A DNA stretch of 32,430 nucleotides from Bdellovibrio sp. (GCA_043740515.1 JAYUCD010000266.1:1-32430), one strand, 5' to 3'; counted from the first letter of the stretch, positions 17,186 through 25,532 are shown. Numbers and translations are program-made. Notes: generated by a model from the letters alone, not told the origin.

Positions 17186-17591
17186 TGGTGTAAGCCTTTA
17201 GGCGTTCACGCACCAAAGTTGGAACGGAGATTTTTGCTTTATTGCGAGCGTCGAGAAAAGTATGAGTCATCGTCACTGTCGCGTGAAGCGTCTCTTGTTT
17301 TTGGAAATCGTATTTCATTTGAAAAGATGAATCACCCATGCGCGAAACCGAGGCGATGACCTGATAAGTTTCACCTGGCATGAAGGGCTTGAGATAATTG
17401 CTTTCCGTATGGCGAATCGGCACGAAATAGTCTTTGGTTTGAAACCACTCCTGCCAAGTAAAGCCGGCAGCCTGAATAAAATCTTCGAAGCAATCATGCG
17501 CTAATCCGAAAATGTTTCCGAAAAACATGATCCCTGCCGGGTCGGCGTCGCGAAAATGAATGAAAATTTCTTTTTGAAAGTGAGCGGCCAT
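17175..17591 (-). CDS. Hotdog-fold 4HBT-type acyl-CoA thioesterase (candidate DHNA-CoA hydrolase)
   Basis: 138 aa. The N-terminal IHFRDADPAGIMFFGNIFGLAHDCFEDFIQAAG matches the 4HBT/YbgC pattern (..D.D..G.V.....Y......E.F....G). The specific substrate is inferred from the men gene context only. Confidence 0.75.
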   Translation of the reverse strand: MAAHFQKEIFIHFRDADPAGIMFFGNIFGLAHDCFEDFIQAAGFTWQEWFQTKDYFVPIRHTESNYLKPFMPGETYQVIASVSRMGDSSFQMKYDFQKQETLHATVTMTHTFLDARNKAKISVPTLVRERLKAYTNAK

Positions 17592-17683
17592 CTGAGCTCA
17601 GTTATGAATGAAGCTTTCCTTGACATCAAGCTGGTAAATTTGAAATCTATGCTCCCTGTTCAAAAGAATGGTAACGCGTAGCA

Positions 17684-18637
17684 ATGGACCTTCTCAACTC
17701 CGATCCTAAAATTTACGACCCTCGTGATTTTCCCGCTTATTTGCCGAAACTCAACTTGCTCTATGATGATTTATTCACTGGTGGAAAAGGTTTCCGCGGA
17801 AAATTGATTCGCATGTTTGCCGAGAATCTCAAACTGAATTCGAAGACCGAAGCGCTACTCTCTCAGACGATCGAATTTATTCACAATGCTTCCTTATTGC
17901 ATGACGATTTGGTGGATCGATCGCATTTGCGCCGAGGGAAAACCGCGGCTTGGCTGAGATTTACTCCCGAATATGCGGTTCTTGCTGGCGATTATCTTTT
18001 AGCCCGAGTCATGGTGAATCTTTCCGGTTATGGAAATATCAAACTTGTCCAATACACAGCTCAGGTCATTTCAGATTTGCTTGAGGGCGAGTGGCTGCAA
18101 GATTCTATTGTCGGTGACATGAGTGTTGAGCTTAGCCAACTCGACCGGGTTCATAATTTAAAAACGGCCTCGCTTTTCAAGTGGTGCTTGCGGACCCCGT
18201 TTATTTCTTTGGAAAGATATGAGCCTCAGTTGCACACGACTTTGGAGGAGATGGGAACTTTGCTCGGACAACTTTTCCAGAGATCAGATGATCTGCTTGA
18301 TTTTGATATTCGAAATCAAGAGGGGAAAGCGATTTTAGGAGATCTCAAATCTGGATATTTAAATTCCTTCGCCGCCTTCTCGACTCGGGGACTGTCGGCC
18401 GGTGCGAGAGAGAAACTTAAAAATCTTCAAACGCTGGAAGAATTCAACGCAGCAATCGGTGGGACCCTCGCTTTTGATAAGGCCGTTCAAGATTTTGATG
18501 AGCAAAATATTTTTTTGATTCAGCTTTACCAACATCATTTGAAAAACCTTTCGCATTTCCTCAGTGAAACTGAGCAGCCATTGCTCAAGCAACTGGAGCC
18601 CTTGACCGAATTTCTTTATTGGAGACGAAAACCTTGA
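17684..18637 (+). CDS. Long-chain polyprenyl-diphosphate synthase
   Basis: The first aspartate-rich motif is LLHDDLVDRSHLRRG and the second is FQRSDDLLDF. The size and KT/F motifs are typical of trans-IPPS. Product chain length cannot be determined from the sequence. Confidence 0.88.
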   Translation: MDLLNSDPKIYDPRDFPAYLPKLNLLYDDLFTGGKGFRGKLIRMFAENLKLNSKTEALLSQTIEFIHNASLLHDDLVDRSHLRRGKTAAWLRFTPEYAVLAGDYLLARVMVNLSGYGNIKLVQYTAQVISDLLEGEWLQDSIVGDMSVELSQLDRVHNLKTASLFKWCLRTPFISLERYEPQLHTTLEEMGTLLGQLFQRSDDLLDFDIRNQEGKAILGDLKSGYLNSFAAFSTRGLSAGAREKLKNLQTLEEFNAAIGGTLAFDKAVQDFDEQNIFLIQLYQHHLKNLSHFLSETEQPLLKQLEPLTEFLYWRRKP

Positions 18638-19707
18638 AAGGCGAGTTGATCACTCTGTCAAAAAAGGATTCTCAGTTTTTGTCCTACATCGACGGAACAT
18701 TTTCCGACGACATGCGGGCCCTGCCAGTGACTTCCTTGAATGTGAATACAGAATCTGAGCAAGTGACATTTCGGCTCATTCCAACTGTTGATTTGACGCC
18801 GCCTTGGACTGGATTTGAGTGGCTGCAGATTTTGAAGGTTCGTAATTTTCTGATGATCGCATTTCCGATTTTTTTAGTTTTCTCAAAAAACTGGTCACAC
18901 GGGGATGTTCGAGATCCATTGACCGGATTCTTAGCGGGACTGGGAACTTTATGTTTGATGACCGCTGTGAATCTTCGCAACGATTATTTAGATCACCTTT
19001 CTGGTTTGGACCGCATTCATCCTCAGTCGGGAAGTCGCTCGATCCAGAATGGTTGGGTCACAGCCAAGCAAGTGAAAAACTGGTCCTATTTTTATTTGAT
19101 CTTGGGCGCTCTACTGGGACTTCGGGCGGTTTTACTCCACAGTGAAGTTCTTATTTTAGTCGCAGCTTTCGGACTTCTCGGAGTTCTGGGAATGACCTCC
19201 TATGAGATTGGTTTGAAATACAGACGCTGGAGCGAGTGGGCCGTTTTTCTCTTGCTCGGTCCCTTGCTGACGATTGGAACCCAGATTTCCATGGGTGGAA
19301 GTTTTGATTTGGAAGTTTTTGCGATTGGATTTCTCACTGGAGCACTTTCTGTATTTTATTTGCATTTGAAAAATTTTGAGCAGTTGATGGTGAACGATCA
19401 GGCTGATTTTCAAAACACTATCAGTTGGCTTGGCTTCGAGAATGGAAAGCGTTGGCTCGTCGGCTGGTGGATCTTCACCATTGCGGGCTTGAATCTCTAT
19501 CACGTTTTTTATTCCTCGAGCCTTTGGCAAGTGGCGTTTCTCTTTTTGACTTTAGCAAGTATTCTACCGTTCATTTCTCATCTTTCCCAACTGACCAGTC
19601 CATTGAGTTCCCGCATGAAGGGACTTGTTCCTCTCGGTAAGAAAATGATTCTGTCAGTTATTTTCCTTTGGTTATTGAAAGCCATTTGGACGCTTGGATT
19701 GATTTGA
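18619..19707 (+). CDS. UbiA-family prenyltransferase, divergent MenA-like paralog
   Basis: Polytopic protein with VNLRNDYLDHLSGLD (NDxxDxxxGxD) and a divergent second motif, KNFEQLMVNDQADFQNT. It has a soluble N-terminal extension of about 60-70 aa. A TTG start at 18619 would overlap the synthase by 19 nt; an ATG at 18712 is the alternative. Confidence 0.7.
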   Translation: METKTLKGELITLSKKDSQFLSYIDGTFSDDMRALPVTSLNVNTESEQVTFRLIPTVDLTPPWTGFEWLQILKVRNFLMIAFPIFLVFSKNWSHGDVRDPLTGFLAGLGTLCLMTAVNLRNDYLDHLSGLDRIHPQSGSRSIQNGWVTAKQVKNWSYFYLILGALLGLRAVLLHSEVLILVAAFGLLGVLGMTSYEIGLKYRRWSEWAVFLLLGPLLTIGTQISMGGSFDLEVFAIGFLTGALSVFYLHLKNFEQLMVNDQADFQNTISWLGFENGKRWLVGWWIFTIAGLNLYHVFYSSSLWQVAFLFLTLASILPFISHLSQLTSPLSSRMKGLVPLGKKMILSVIFLWLLKAIWTLGLI

Positions 19708-20465
19708 TGGCGTCAAGCCCCTCGCACCAGTTGAAATTGATTTGTGAAGTTCCGATTTCAGACGAATTTCGATCTGATTTAGTCTTAATCCAGGAAAACT
19801 TCAATGTTGAGCAGGTGAAAGCAGAGCCTCAGGCGCTTGCTAAAAGTTATTTGCTGCTACAAGCAAAAGGGCTGACTTTTGTGGATGAAGACCTTGGCAT
19901 GCTTCATCTGGATTTTCGCAATGACCTGAATAATTACAGTCGAAACTCTCACCGAGGGAAAAGTGAGCTGATCGCCAAAGCTCTTGGTCTACCAAAAGCT
20001 CCTCAAGTGATTTTCGACGGAACCTTGGGTTTAGCTCAAGATGCATGGTTCTTGTCGCAGCTGGGAGCACAAGTCGAAGGTTGTGAAAGATCTCCATTGA
20101 TTTACCTTTTGCTTTCGGATGCCCTGAGGCGATCACAGGAGACAAAACTGAAAATTAATTTTGGCGATTCTAGGCACTGGTTGTCGAATACAAAAAAGAA
20201 ATACACTTCCATCTATCTGGACCCAATGTTTCCCGAAAAGAAAAAATCAGCGCTGCCGCGAAAAGAAATGCAGATTTTCCGAAAGTGGGTAGGTGAGGAT
20301 GCAGACGCACTCGACCTTTTTTCCTCAGCCATGCAATCTGGAGCTGAGAGAGTCGTCGTTAAGCGGCCTTTGAAATCAGGGGAATTTCATTCGGGAGTGG
20401 TTCACTCTTTTCGAGGAACCACCGTGCGATATGATTTGTACTCACCTCGGAAAGAGAATCTATGA
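19707..20465 (+). CDS. rsmJ: 16S rRNA (guanine1516-N2)-methyltransferase RsmJ-like
   Basis: DGTLGLAQDAWFLSQLGAQVEGCERSP, IYLDPMFPEKKKSALPRKEM and RVVVKRP closely parallel my recollection of E. coli RsmJ (YhiQ). The ATG at 19707 shares 1 nt with the upstream TGA. Confidence 0.8.
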   Translation: MASSPSHQLKLICEVPISDEFRSDLVLIQENFNVEQVKAEPQALAKSYLLLQAKGLTFVDEDLGMLHLDFRNDLNNYSRNSHRGKSELIAKALGLPKAPQVIFDGTLGLAQDAWFLSQLGAQVEGCERSPLIYLLLSDALRRSQETKLKINFGDSRHWLSNTKKKYTSIYLDPMFPEKKKSALPRKEMQIFRKWVGEDADALDLFSSAMQSGAERVVVKRPLKSGEFHSGVVHSFRGTTVRYDLYSPRKENL

Positions 20466-21229
20466 TCACCCTCCAAATTATTTTTTATTTTTTTCTTTGT
20501 CTCTTTTCTTCGTGGCTTGGCACGCCACTTTTACAGAGCAAGCGGTTGATGGCCATCTCAGAAAATCTTCGAGCTGCCCTCTGTGGATTTTTATTTTTGG
20601 CATTCTATTTTCTGACCAAAGATTTTATTCTTTGGCAGATTTTTCTCGCGGTTTTGCTCGTCCTTGTTTTATCGATTTGGTTCAAGGGTTTCGGTCGGAT
20701 CAGTCTGTTGATTTTGCTTTTGGGATTATTCAATTTTGGCTTTGAAGGATTGCTGTCAGTTCTCAGCATTTATGTGCAGCAGCTTCAAGATTATTCTTGG
20801 CTTTTCAAACTTGGAGAAAATTATCTCGAGGGAGCATTGTTTGGCTTTGCACTGGGGCTAGGGCTTCGTTGGCTTTTCAGAATCAATGGGGTTGCTTGGT
20901 GGCTCAGCCTTTGTCTTTTGCTTGCAGGAATTGCTTCTTTAGGAACGGCCTGGGGATTTGTGCTCGGAGATTTTCTTATGGGGCAGTGGAGAGAGCGGTC
21001 TCAGCACAAAAATAGAATTCAGAGATTGTATTGGATAGGCGCGCTTGTCTTCAGTTTTATTTTCCTAGCCCTGACCACGCCTTTTGAAAGCGAAGTGTTG
21101 AACTGGATGAACGGCGAGTACTCGATTCAGATTCGCAGCCTGCAGTTGGCGATGATGAGCGCTATTTTCTTATTGTTGCAAAGTTTTTGGGCCTGGCTCC
21201 TAGGCAAATTTATCGCTCGGCCCTCATAG
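20462..21229 (+). CDS. Hypothetical multi-pass membrane protein
   Basis: 255 aa with at least 6 hydrophobic segments. ATGA overlap with rsmJ. No family recognised. Confidence 0.6.
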   Translation: MITLQIIFYFFLCLFSSWLGTPLLQSKRLMAISENLRAALCGFLFLAFYFLTKDFILWQIFLAVLLVLVLSIWFKGFGRISLLILLLGLFNFGFEGLLSVLSIYVQQLQDYSWLFKLGENYLEGALFGFALGLGLRWLFRINGVAWWLSLCLLLAGIASLGTAWGFVLGDFLMGQWRERSQHKNRIQRLYWIGALVFSFIFLALTTPFESEVLNWMNGEYSIQIRSLQLAMMSAIFLLLQSFWAWLLGKFIARPS

Positions 21230-21344
21230 TGACCTCGATCGGAAAAAAGCTGCAAACTGACTTTTGTCCGAAGTCTCATTATTTCCAAGCCAACTGAGCC
21301 TTGCTGATCATAAAATAGGACTGCAAGTGTCGGATGGGAATGCC

Positions 21345-22256
21345 ATGAATCAAAAGAAAACAGCGGAACAAGAATTGAATGAACGAATCGCTGAGCTGAA
21401 GCTTGAGCTTGTGCAAAAAGATTTGGAATTGAAACGCTATCGATTTGAATTGCAGAAAACAAATACTCAGCTCGAAAAATTTATTATAGAAATGAGTCAG
21501 GAGCTTAAGCTCGCTAGTCTCATTCAAAAATTACTGTCTCCGACCGAGATTCCAAATATTCCCGGAATCGAATTTTCAACCAAATTTTTACCAGGTATCA
21601 AATCAGGCGGAGATTATTTCGATATTTTTGAACATGAAGATCGATTGAAGTTTGGGATTCTTTTGTCGAGCAGTTCTGGTTATACCATGTCGGCGCTTTT
21701 CTTATCGGTCCTGATGAAGTTGTCGGGGCAAATCGAAGCAAGGCGAGGCCTGGATCCTGACAAAGTGATTTCTTTGATCGCGACGGAAATTATTCCTCAC
21801 ATTCAAAAGCAAGACACAGCCAGCTTGTTCTACGGTATTGTCGATCGTCGAAGTTATGAATTGAAGTATTCGAGCGTCGGAAACATTGCTGGGCTTTTGC
21901 AAATTCAAGGTCAGGATCAACCGAGCTGGCTTGAGCCCTCGGCTGGGCCGCTGCACAAAGATTTTCAAGAGCTGCCTTTGGCGCAAACGATTCCGTTAGG
22001 ACCTCGGGATCGTCTAATCCTTTGCACCGAGGGAGTTTGGACCGCAAGCTCGAACGAGGGTGAAAATTTTGGCAAAGATCGGCTGATCAAATCCTTGCTT
22101 CGCACTCCGCCTTCAGGAGTGCACGATTTAAGAAATGAAATTTTATTTCAAGTAGAGCAATTTACCCAAGCTTCTGAGCCTAAGCGAGATCAAACGGTGG
22201 TTGTGACTGAAGTGAAAGACAAAGTGATAAAACTTGCTAAAAAAAGTTCTCTGTAG
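21345..22256 (+). CDS. PP2C-family (SpoIIE/RsbU-like) serine phosphatase with N-terminal coiled coil
   Basis: An N-terminal coiled coil (ELNERIAELKLELVQKDLELKRYRFELQ), then a LASLIQKLLSP..FLPGIKSGGDYFDIF motif, and DRLILCTEGV near the C-terminus. I prefer the internal ATG at 21345 over the ORF-track start at 21264. Confidence 0.8.
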   Translation: MNQKKTAEQELNERIAELKLELVQKDLELKRYRFELQKTNTQLEKFIIEMSQELKLASLIQKLLSPTEIPNIPGIEFSTKFLPGIKSGGDYFDIFEHEDRLKFGILLSSSSGYTMSALFLSVLMKLSGQIEARRGLDPDKVISLIATEIIPHIQKQDTASLFYGIVDRRSYELKYSSVGNIAGLLQIQGQDQPSWLEPSAGPLHKDFQELPLAQTIPLGPRDRLILCTEGVWTASSNEGENFGKDRLIKSLLRTPPSGVHDLRNEILFQVEQFTQASEPKRDQTVVVTEVKDKVIKLAKKSSL

Positions 22257-22297
22257 TTAATCTGTGACTATTTTTCGCCCTGTCAGAAAGGACATTT

Positions 22298-23437
22298 ATG
22301 GCTGAAGCTGCTCAAACTTACGAAGGCGCCATTGATCGTGGACTAGAAGGTGTGGTTGCTTGTTCCACTGCAATTTCAACAATTCATGAATCGACGCTTA
22401 TTTTTCGTGGATACACGATTGAAGATTTAGCCGAACATTCGACATTCGAAGAGACAACATTTTTGCTCTGGAACAATCGCTTGCCAAAAATCAGCGAGCT
22501 TGAGCAGTTTAAAAAAGATTTGGCTGCCGAGTATTCTCTGCATCCCAAATTGATTGAAATTTTGAAAGAGATTCCAACCAAAGACGTTCATCCGATGGCC
22601 TGGCTTCGCACGGCGGTTTCTTTGATGGGTCATTGGGATACAGAAGCCAATGACAACAGTCCTCAGGCCAATGCTCGCAAAGCAATTAAGATGACGGCAA
22701 AGATGGGAACTTTGGTTTGTGCTTTCGAAGCCATTCGAAACGGAAAAAATCCGATCACACCAAAAGCTGACAAATCGATTGCTTGGAATTTCATGTACAT
22801 GCTCAAAGCTGGTCAAGAGCCGAAGCCAGAGCTGGTCAAGGTCTTCGACACCTGTTTGATTTTGCATGCTGATCACGAGTTGAATTGCTCCGCCTTTGCA
22901 ACTCGAGTAACAACCTCTTCCCTCAGCGATATGTATTCAGCTGTTGTCTCAGCGATCGGCGCTCTGAAAGGTCCTCTGCACGGCGGAGCGAATGAGCAAG
23001 TCATGATCATGCTGAAAAAGATCGGCACAATGGACAAGGCTCAGCAGTTTGTGAAAGATGCTTTGTCAGCCAAAGAAAAAGTAATGGGAATTGGTCACCG
23101 AGTTTATAAGAACGGCGACCCGCGTGCAGCGATTTTGCGAAAAATCAGTCAACAACTGACAAAGCAAATGGGAGAGCCACAGTGGTATGAGATATCCACT
23201 TTGATTGACGATACGATGAACAAAGAAAAAGGCCTCATGCCGAACGTTGATTTTTATTCAGCGACTGTTTATTATGCGATGGGAATTCCGGTTGATATTT
23301 ACACGCCGATTTTTGCTGTTTCTCGGATCAGCGGATGGATCGCGCACGCGATGGAACAATACGAGAACAATCGAATTTACCGACCGCGTGGAAAATGGAC
23401 TGGAAAAATCGGTTTGAAGTGGTCCAACAACCGTTAA
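22298..23437 (+). CDS. gltA: Citrate synthase (short, ~380-aa type)
   Basis: LILHADHELNCSAFA, GPLHGGANE, GHRVYKNGDPRA and NVDFYSA motifs. Confidence 0.92.
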   Translation: MAEAAQTYEGAIDRGLEGVVACSTAISTIHESTLIFRGYTIEDLAEHSTFEETTFLLWNNRLPKISELEQFKKDLAAEYSLHPKLIEILKEIPTKDVHPMAWLRTAVSLMGHWDTEANDNSPQANARKAIKMTAKMGTLVCAFEAIRNGKNPITPKADKSIAWNFMYMLKAGQEPKPELVKVFDTCLILHADHELNCSAFATRVTTSSLSDMYSAVVSAIGALKGPLHGGANEQVMIMLKKIGTMDKAQQFVKDALSAKEKVMGIGHRVYKNGDPRAAILRKISQQLTKQMGEPQWYEISTLIDDTMNKEKGLMPNVDFYSATVYYAMGIPVDIYTPIFAVSRISGWIAHAMEQYENNRIYRPRGKWTGKIGLKWSNNR

Positions 23438-23452
23438 GAACGGGGGACTGAT

Positions 23453-24148
23453 TTGAAAAGTGTTCTGGTGATCAGCGCTACGAGAGACGAGCAACTCAAG
23501 CTTGAATCCATGGCGCGACTTCATGAATCTCAACAAATCGCCGTCGAGACCACAGCCTCCTTTGGCCAAGACGTGACGTTTTGGACCACACAAGCTCCTG
23601 ATGTTTTGATTCTTTCCTTGCCCGAAGATGATTTGATGCAAGGTTATTTTTTCACCAAGCTGAAAAAAGATGTTCCCGCCGCTCAGCCGTTGATTTGTAT
23701 TTGCTCTGTGATTTCTTCTCCGCTCTTACGCCTCAGCATGCAGTTCTCAAAAGTCCGAATGCTCAAAGCTCCTGTCGAAGCTTTCACTTTGTTTCGAGCC
23801 GCTGTTGATTTGCTGCAAGATTACAAAGGCAAAAAAGCTCAGGTTCATCCTCGGTATTTAACTGAGCAGCCCATCGAGATTCGTTCGGATTTTCATGCCA
23901 GTGCTTTGCAAGGACAGATGAGAAATCTTTCTATGAGTGGCGCTTATTTAGAAAGTTCCGACCTCAAATGGAATCTCAAAGCTGGAGATTTCGCAAAAAT
24001 CACTGTGCTGCCGAATGCAGAGACAAAAATTTATACTTTTGATGTTAAAGTTGTCTGGTGCAAGGAGCAGGCGCCGAATGTTCGAGGCTACGGCGTGACA
24101 TTCGTCAATAAAGAAGAGGTTTACAACCACCTCTTAAAAAACATTTAG
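23453..24148 (+). CDS. PilZ-domain protein with N-terminal pseudo-receiver domain
   Basis: The C-terminus has PilZ-like motifs: HPRYLTEQ (RxxxR-like region) and MRNLSMSGAYLES (D/NxSxxG). The N-terminal ~120 aa has REC-like beta/alpha periodicity. Its acidic pocket is replaced (VLVISAT instead of ..DD.., DVLILSLPEDD instead of ..D..). The TTG start at 23453 is preceded by GGGGGA. Confidence 0.72.
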   Translation: MKSVLVISATRDEQLKLESMARLHESQQIAVETTASFGQDVTFWTTQAPDVLILSLPEDDLMQGYFFTKLKKDVPAAQPLICICSVISSPLLRLSMQFSKVRMLKAPVEAFTLFRAAVDLLQDYKGKKAQVHPRYLTEQPIEIRSDFHASALQGQMRNLSMSGAYLESSDLKWNLKAGDFAKITVLPNAETKIYTFDVKVVWCKEQAPNVRGYGVTFVNKEEVYNHLLKNI

Positions 24149-24194
24149 ATTCGGCAATTTTTCAATTATTCTTTCACTCAACGAAGGAGGATGT

Positions 24195-24587
24195 GTGGCT
24201 TCCGTTTTTACAAAAATTATTCAAGGTGAAATTCCATCTTATAAGTTACATGAAGATGAATTGACAATTTCGATTTTGACCATCGAACCGATTCATTTGG
24301 GACACGCCTTGGTGATTCCCAAGCAGGAGGTGAATCACTGGTTTGAAGTGCCCGAAGCGGCCTATCTTCAAGTGGCCAAGAATGCTCAGAAAATTGCTAA
24401 GGCCATTCAGGCGGTGACCCAGTGTCCACGGGTGCTGACTGCTGCCATTGGATTTGAAGTTCCACATTATCACTTGCACTTGATTCCCGCTTGGGGAATG
24501 ACAGATCTGTCTTTTGCAAACGCCAAAAAACGAAGTGAAGCGGAGATGAAAGATATTCAAGCGAAAATTCTTCAGAAACTGAAATAG
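24195..24587 (+). CDS. HIT-family (histidine triad) nucleotide hydrolase/transferase
   Basis: FTKIIQGEIP N-terminus and the HYHLHLIP histidine triad. GTG start 4 nt after GGAGG. Confidence 0.88.
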   Translation: MASVFTKIIQGEIPSYKLHEDELTISILTIEPIHLGHALVIPKQEVNHWFEVPEAAYLQVAKNAQKIAKAIQAVTQCPRVLTAAIGFEVPHYHLHLIPAWGMTDLSFANAKKRSEAEMKDIQAKILQKLK

Positions 24588-24589
24588 GA

Positions 24590-25231
24590 ATGGAACGAAA
24601 TCCTGCGATTCCGTTTACCTACAAATACTCGCAACCTTTCGAGTATCGATTTTCACTCGACTCGATCGAAATGGCTTGGGTGGTTTCTCAGGAATTTGCG
24701 AAGCTTCCTTCTGAGCAACTGGCTGAGATGAAAGTTCTCGATCTTTGCGCGGGTTGCGGAGTGATTGGTTTTGAACTGAATTTCCATATTCCCTCTTTAA
24801 AGAAAATTGATTTTGTCGAAGTTCAAAAAAATTATGCGGAACATTTTGAAGCCAATCGAGATTTGGTTAAAAATGAGGGGCAGTTTGAATTTCGGTCAAT
24901 GAATTACGATCAGCTTTTGGTGCCGACTTTTCAAAATCGATATGATTTGATCTTAAGCAATCCGCCATACTTTCGCCGTGAGCAAGGAAAGCTATCGCCT
25001 TCAGATTTCAAAAATCGTTGTCGATTTTTTATCGATTCGACTTTCGAAAAACTGATTGAATCCATCGACCATTGTCTCAAACCAACGGGAGAGGCTTTTC
25101 TCCTTTTGAGAAGTTTAGAAGAGCACGACATCGATTCATTGCAAGAATTGCGTGACCTGATCCGAGGCAAATTAAAATGTGAAAATCTGGCAATGATTCG
25201 CGGCACTTACCTGCTCAAACTTTATCGCTGA
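24590..25231 (+). CDS. Class I SAM-dependent methyltransferase with NPPY motif (N6-adenine/glutamine-N5 type)
   Basis: VLDLCAGCGVIG (motif I) and LILSNPPYF (motif IV). The substrate (tRNA m6A37 TrmN6-like, or other) cannot be resolved by eye. Confidence 0.72.
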   Translation: MERNPAIPFTYKYSQPFEYRFSLDSIEMAWVVSQEFAKLPSEQLAEMKVLDLCAGCGVIGFELNFHIPSLKKIDFVEVQKNYAEHFEANRDLVKNEGQFEFRSMNYDQLLVPTFQNRYDLILSNPPYFRREQGKLSPSDFKNRCRFFIDSTFEKLIESIDHCLKPTGEAFLLLRSLEEHDIDSLQELRDLIRGKLKCENLAMIRGTYLLKLYR

Positions 25232-25362
25232 AACAAGCGCTCAGCACATCGAAATTTTTTATATAATCTATCAAACTATTGTGGGCGTTTGCGTGCGAAA
25301 AATTCTTTTCTCGCAGCTCAAATCGGAGTATTCTAAAACCAAGCTATTCTCATAGCTCGGAA

Positions 25363-25481
25363 GGGGGTGGTGCTTGGTGATTATATCATCTGAAATGACC
25401 AAGGCGGAGGTGGCTGCTTCTTAGCAGTCGTTTTCCGCCTAAAAACATCGGGCGGCTGCAGAATGGTCTGCACCGCCCTCC
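25363..25481. other. GC-rich multi-hairpin element in a ~300-nt intergenic region (unclassified leader, sRNA or REP-like)
   Basis: Three hairpins are visible: CTTGGT(25373-78)/ACCAAG(25398-403); GGCGGA(25403-08)...TCCGCC(25434-39) with inner CTGC/GCAG; and GGGCGGCTGCAG(25450-61)/CTGCACCGCCC(25468-78). GCACCGCCCTCC (25470-81) can alternatively pair with GGGGGTGGTGC (25363-73). Strand and function are unknown. Confidence 0.3.
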
Positions 25482-25532
25482 TAATTCACTCTTTTCTTGC
25501 TCACAGACCTCATTCAGTTTAATTCTCAACCC

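Noticed and set aside
17620-17653. TTGACA hexamer in the divergent thioesterase / polyprenyl-synthase intergenic region, as a -35 box
   Set aside because: No acceptable -10 hexamer lies at 16-19 nt spacing (AAATCT at best).
22427-22876. 149-aa minus-strand ORF
   Set aside because: It is antisense to citrate synthase, whose identity is unambiguous.
25227-25260. GCTGA/TCAGC 5-bp hairpin plus T6 after the methyltransferase gene, as a terminator
   Set aside because: The stem is weak and the T-run starts 9 nt after it, so I did not list it as a feature.
25411-25420. The minus-strand 10-mer GAAGCAGCCA resembles the conserved SRP (4.5S) RNA domain IV motif
   Set aside because: The flanking sequence does not reproduce the GGAA tetraloop or the symmetric/asymmetric loop arrangement. 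Here AGCAG is base-paired in a simple CUGCU/AGCAG hairpin, and the region does not fold into one long hairpin.
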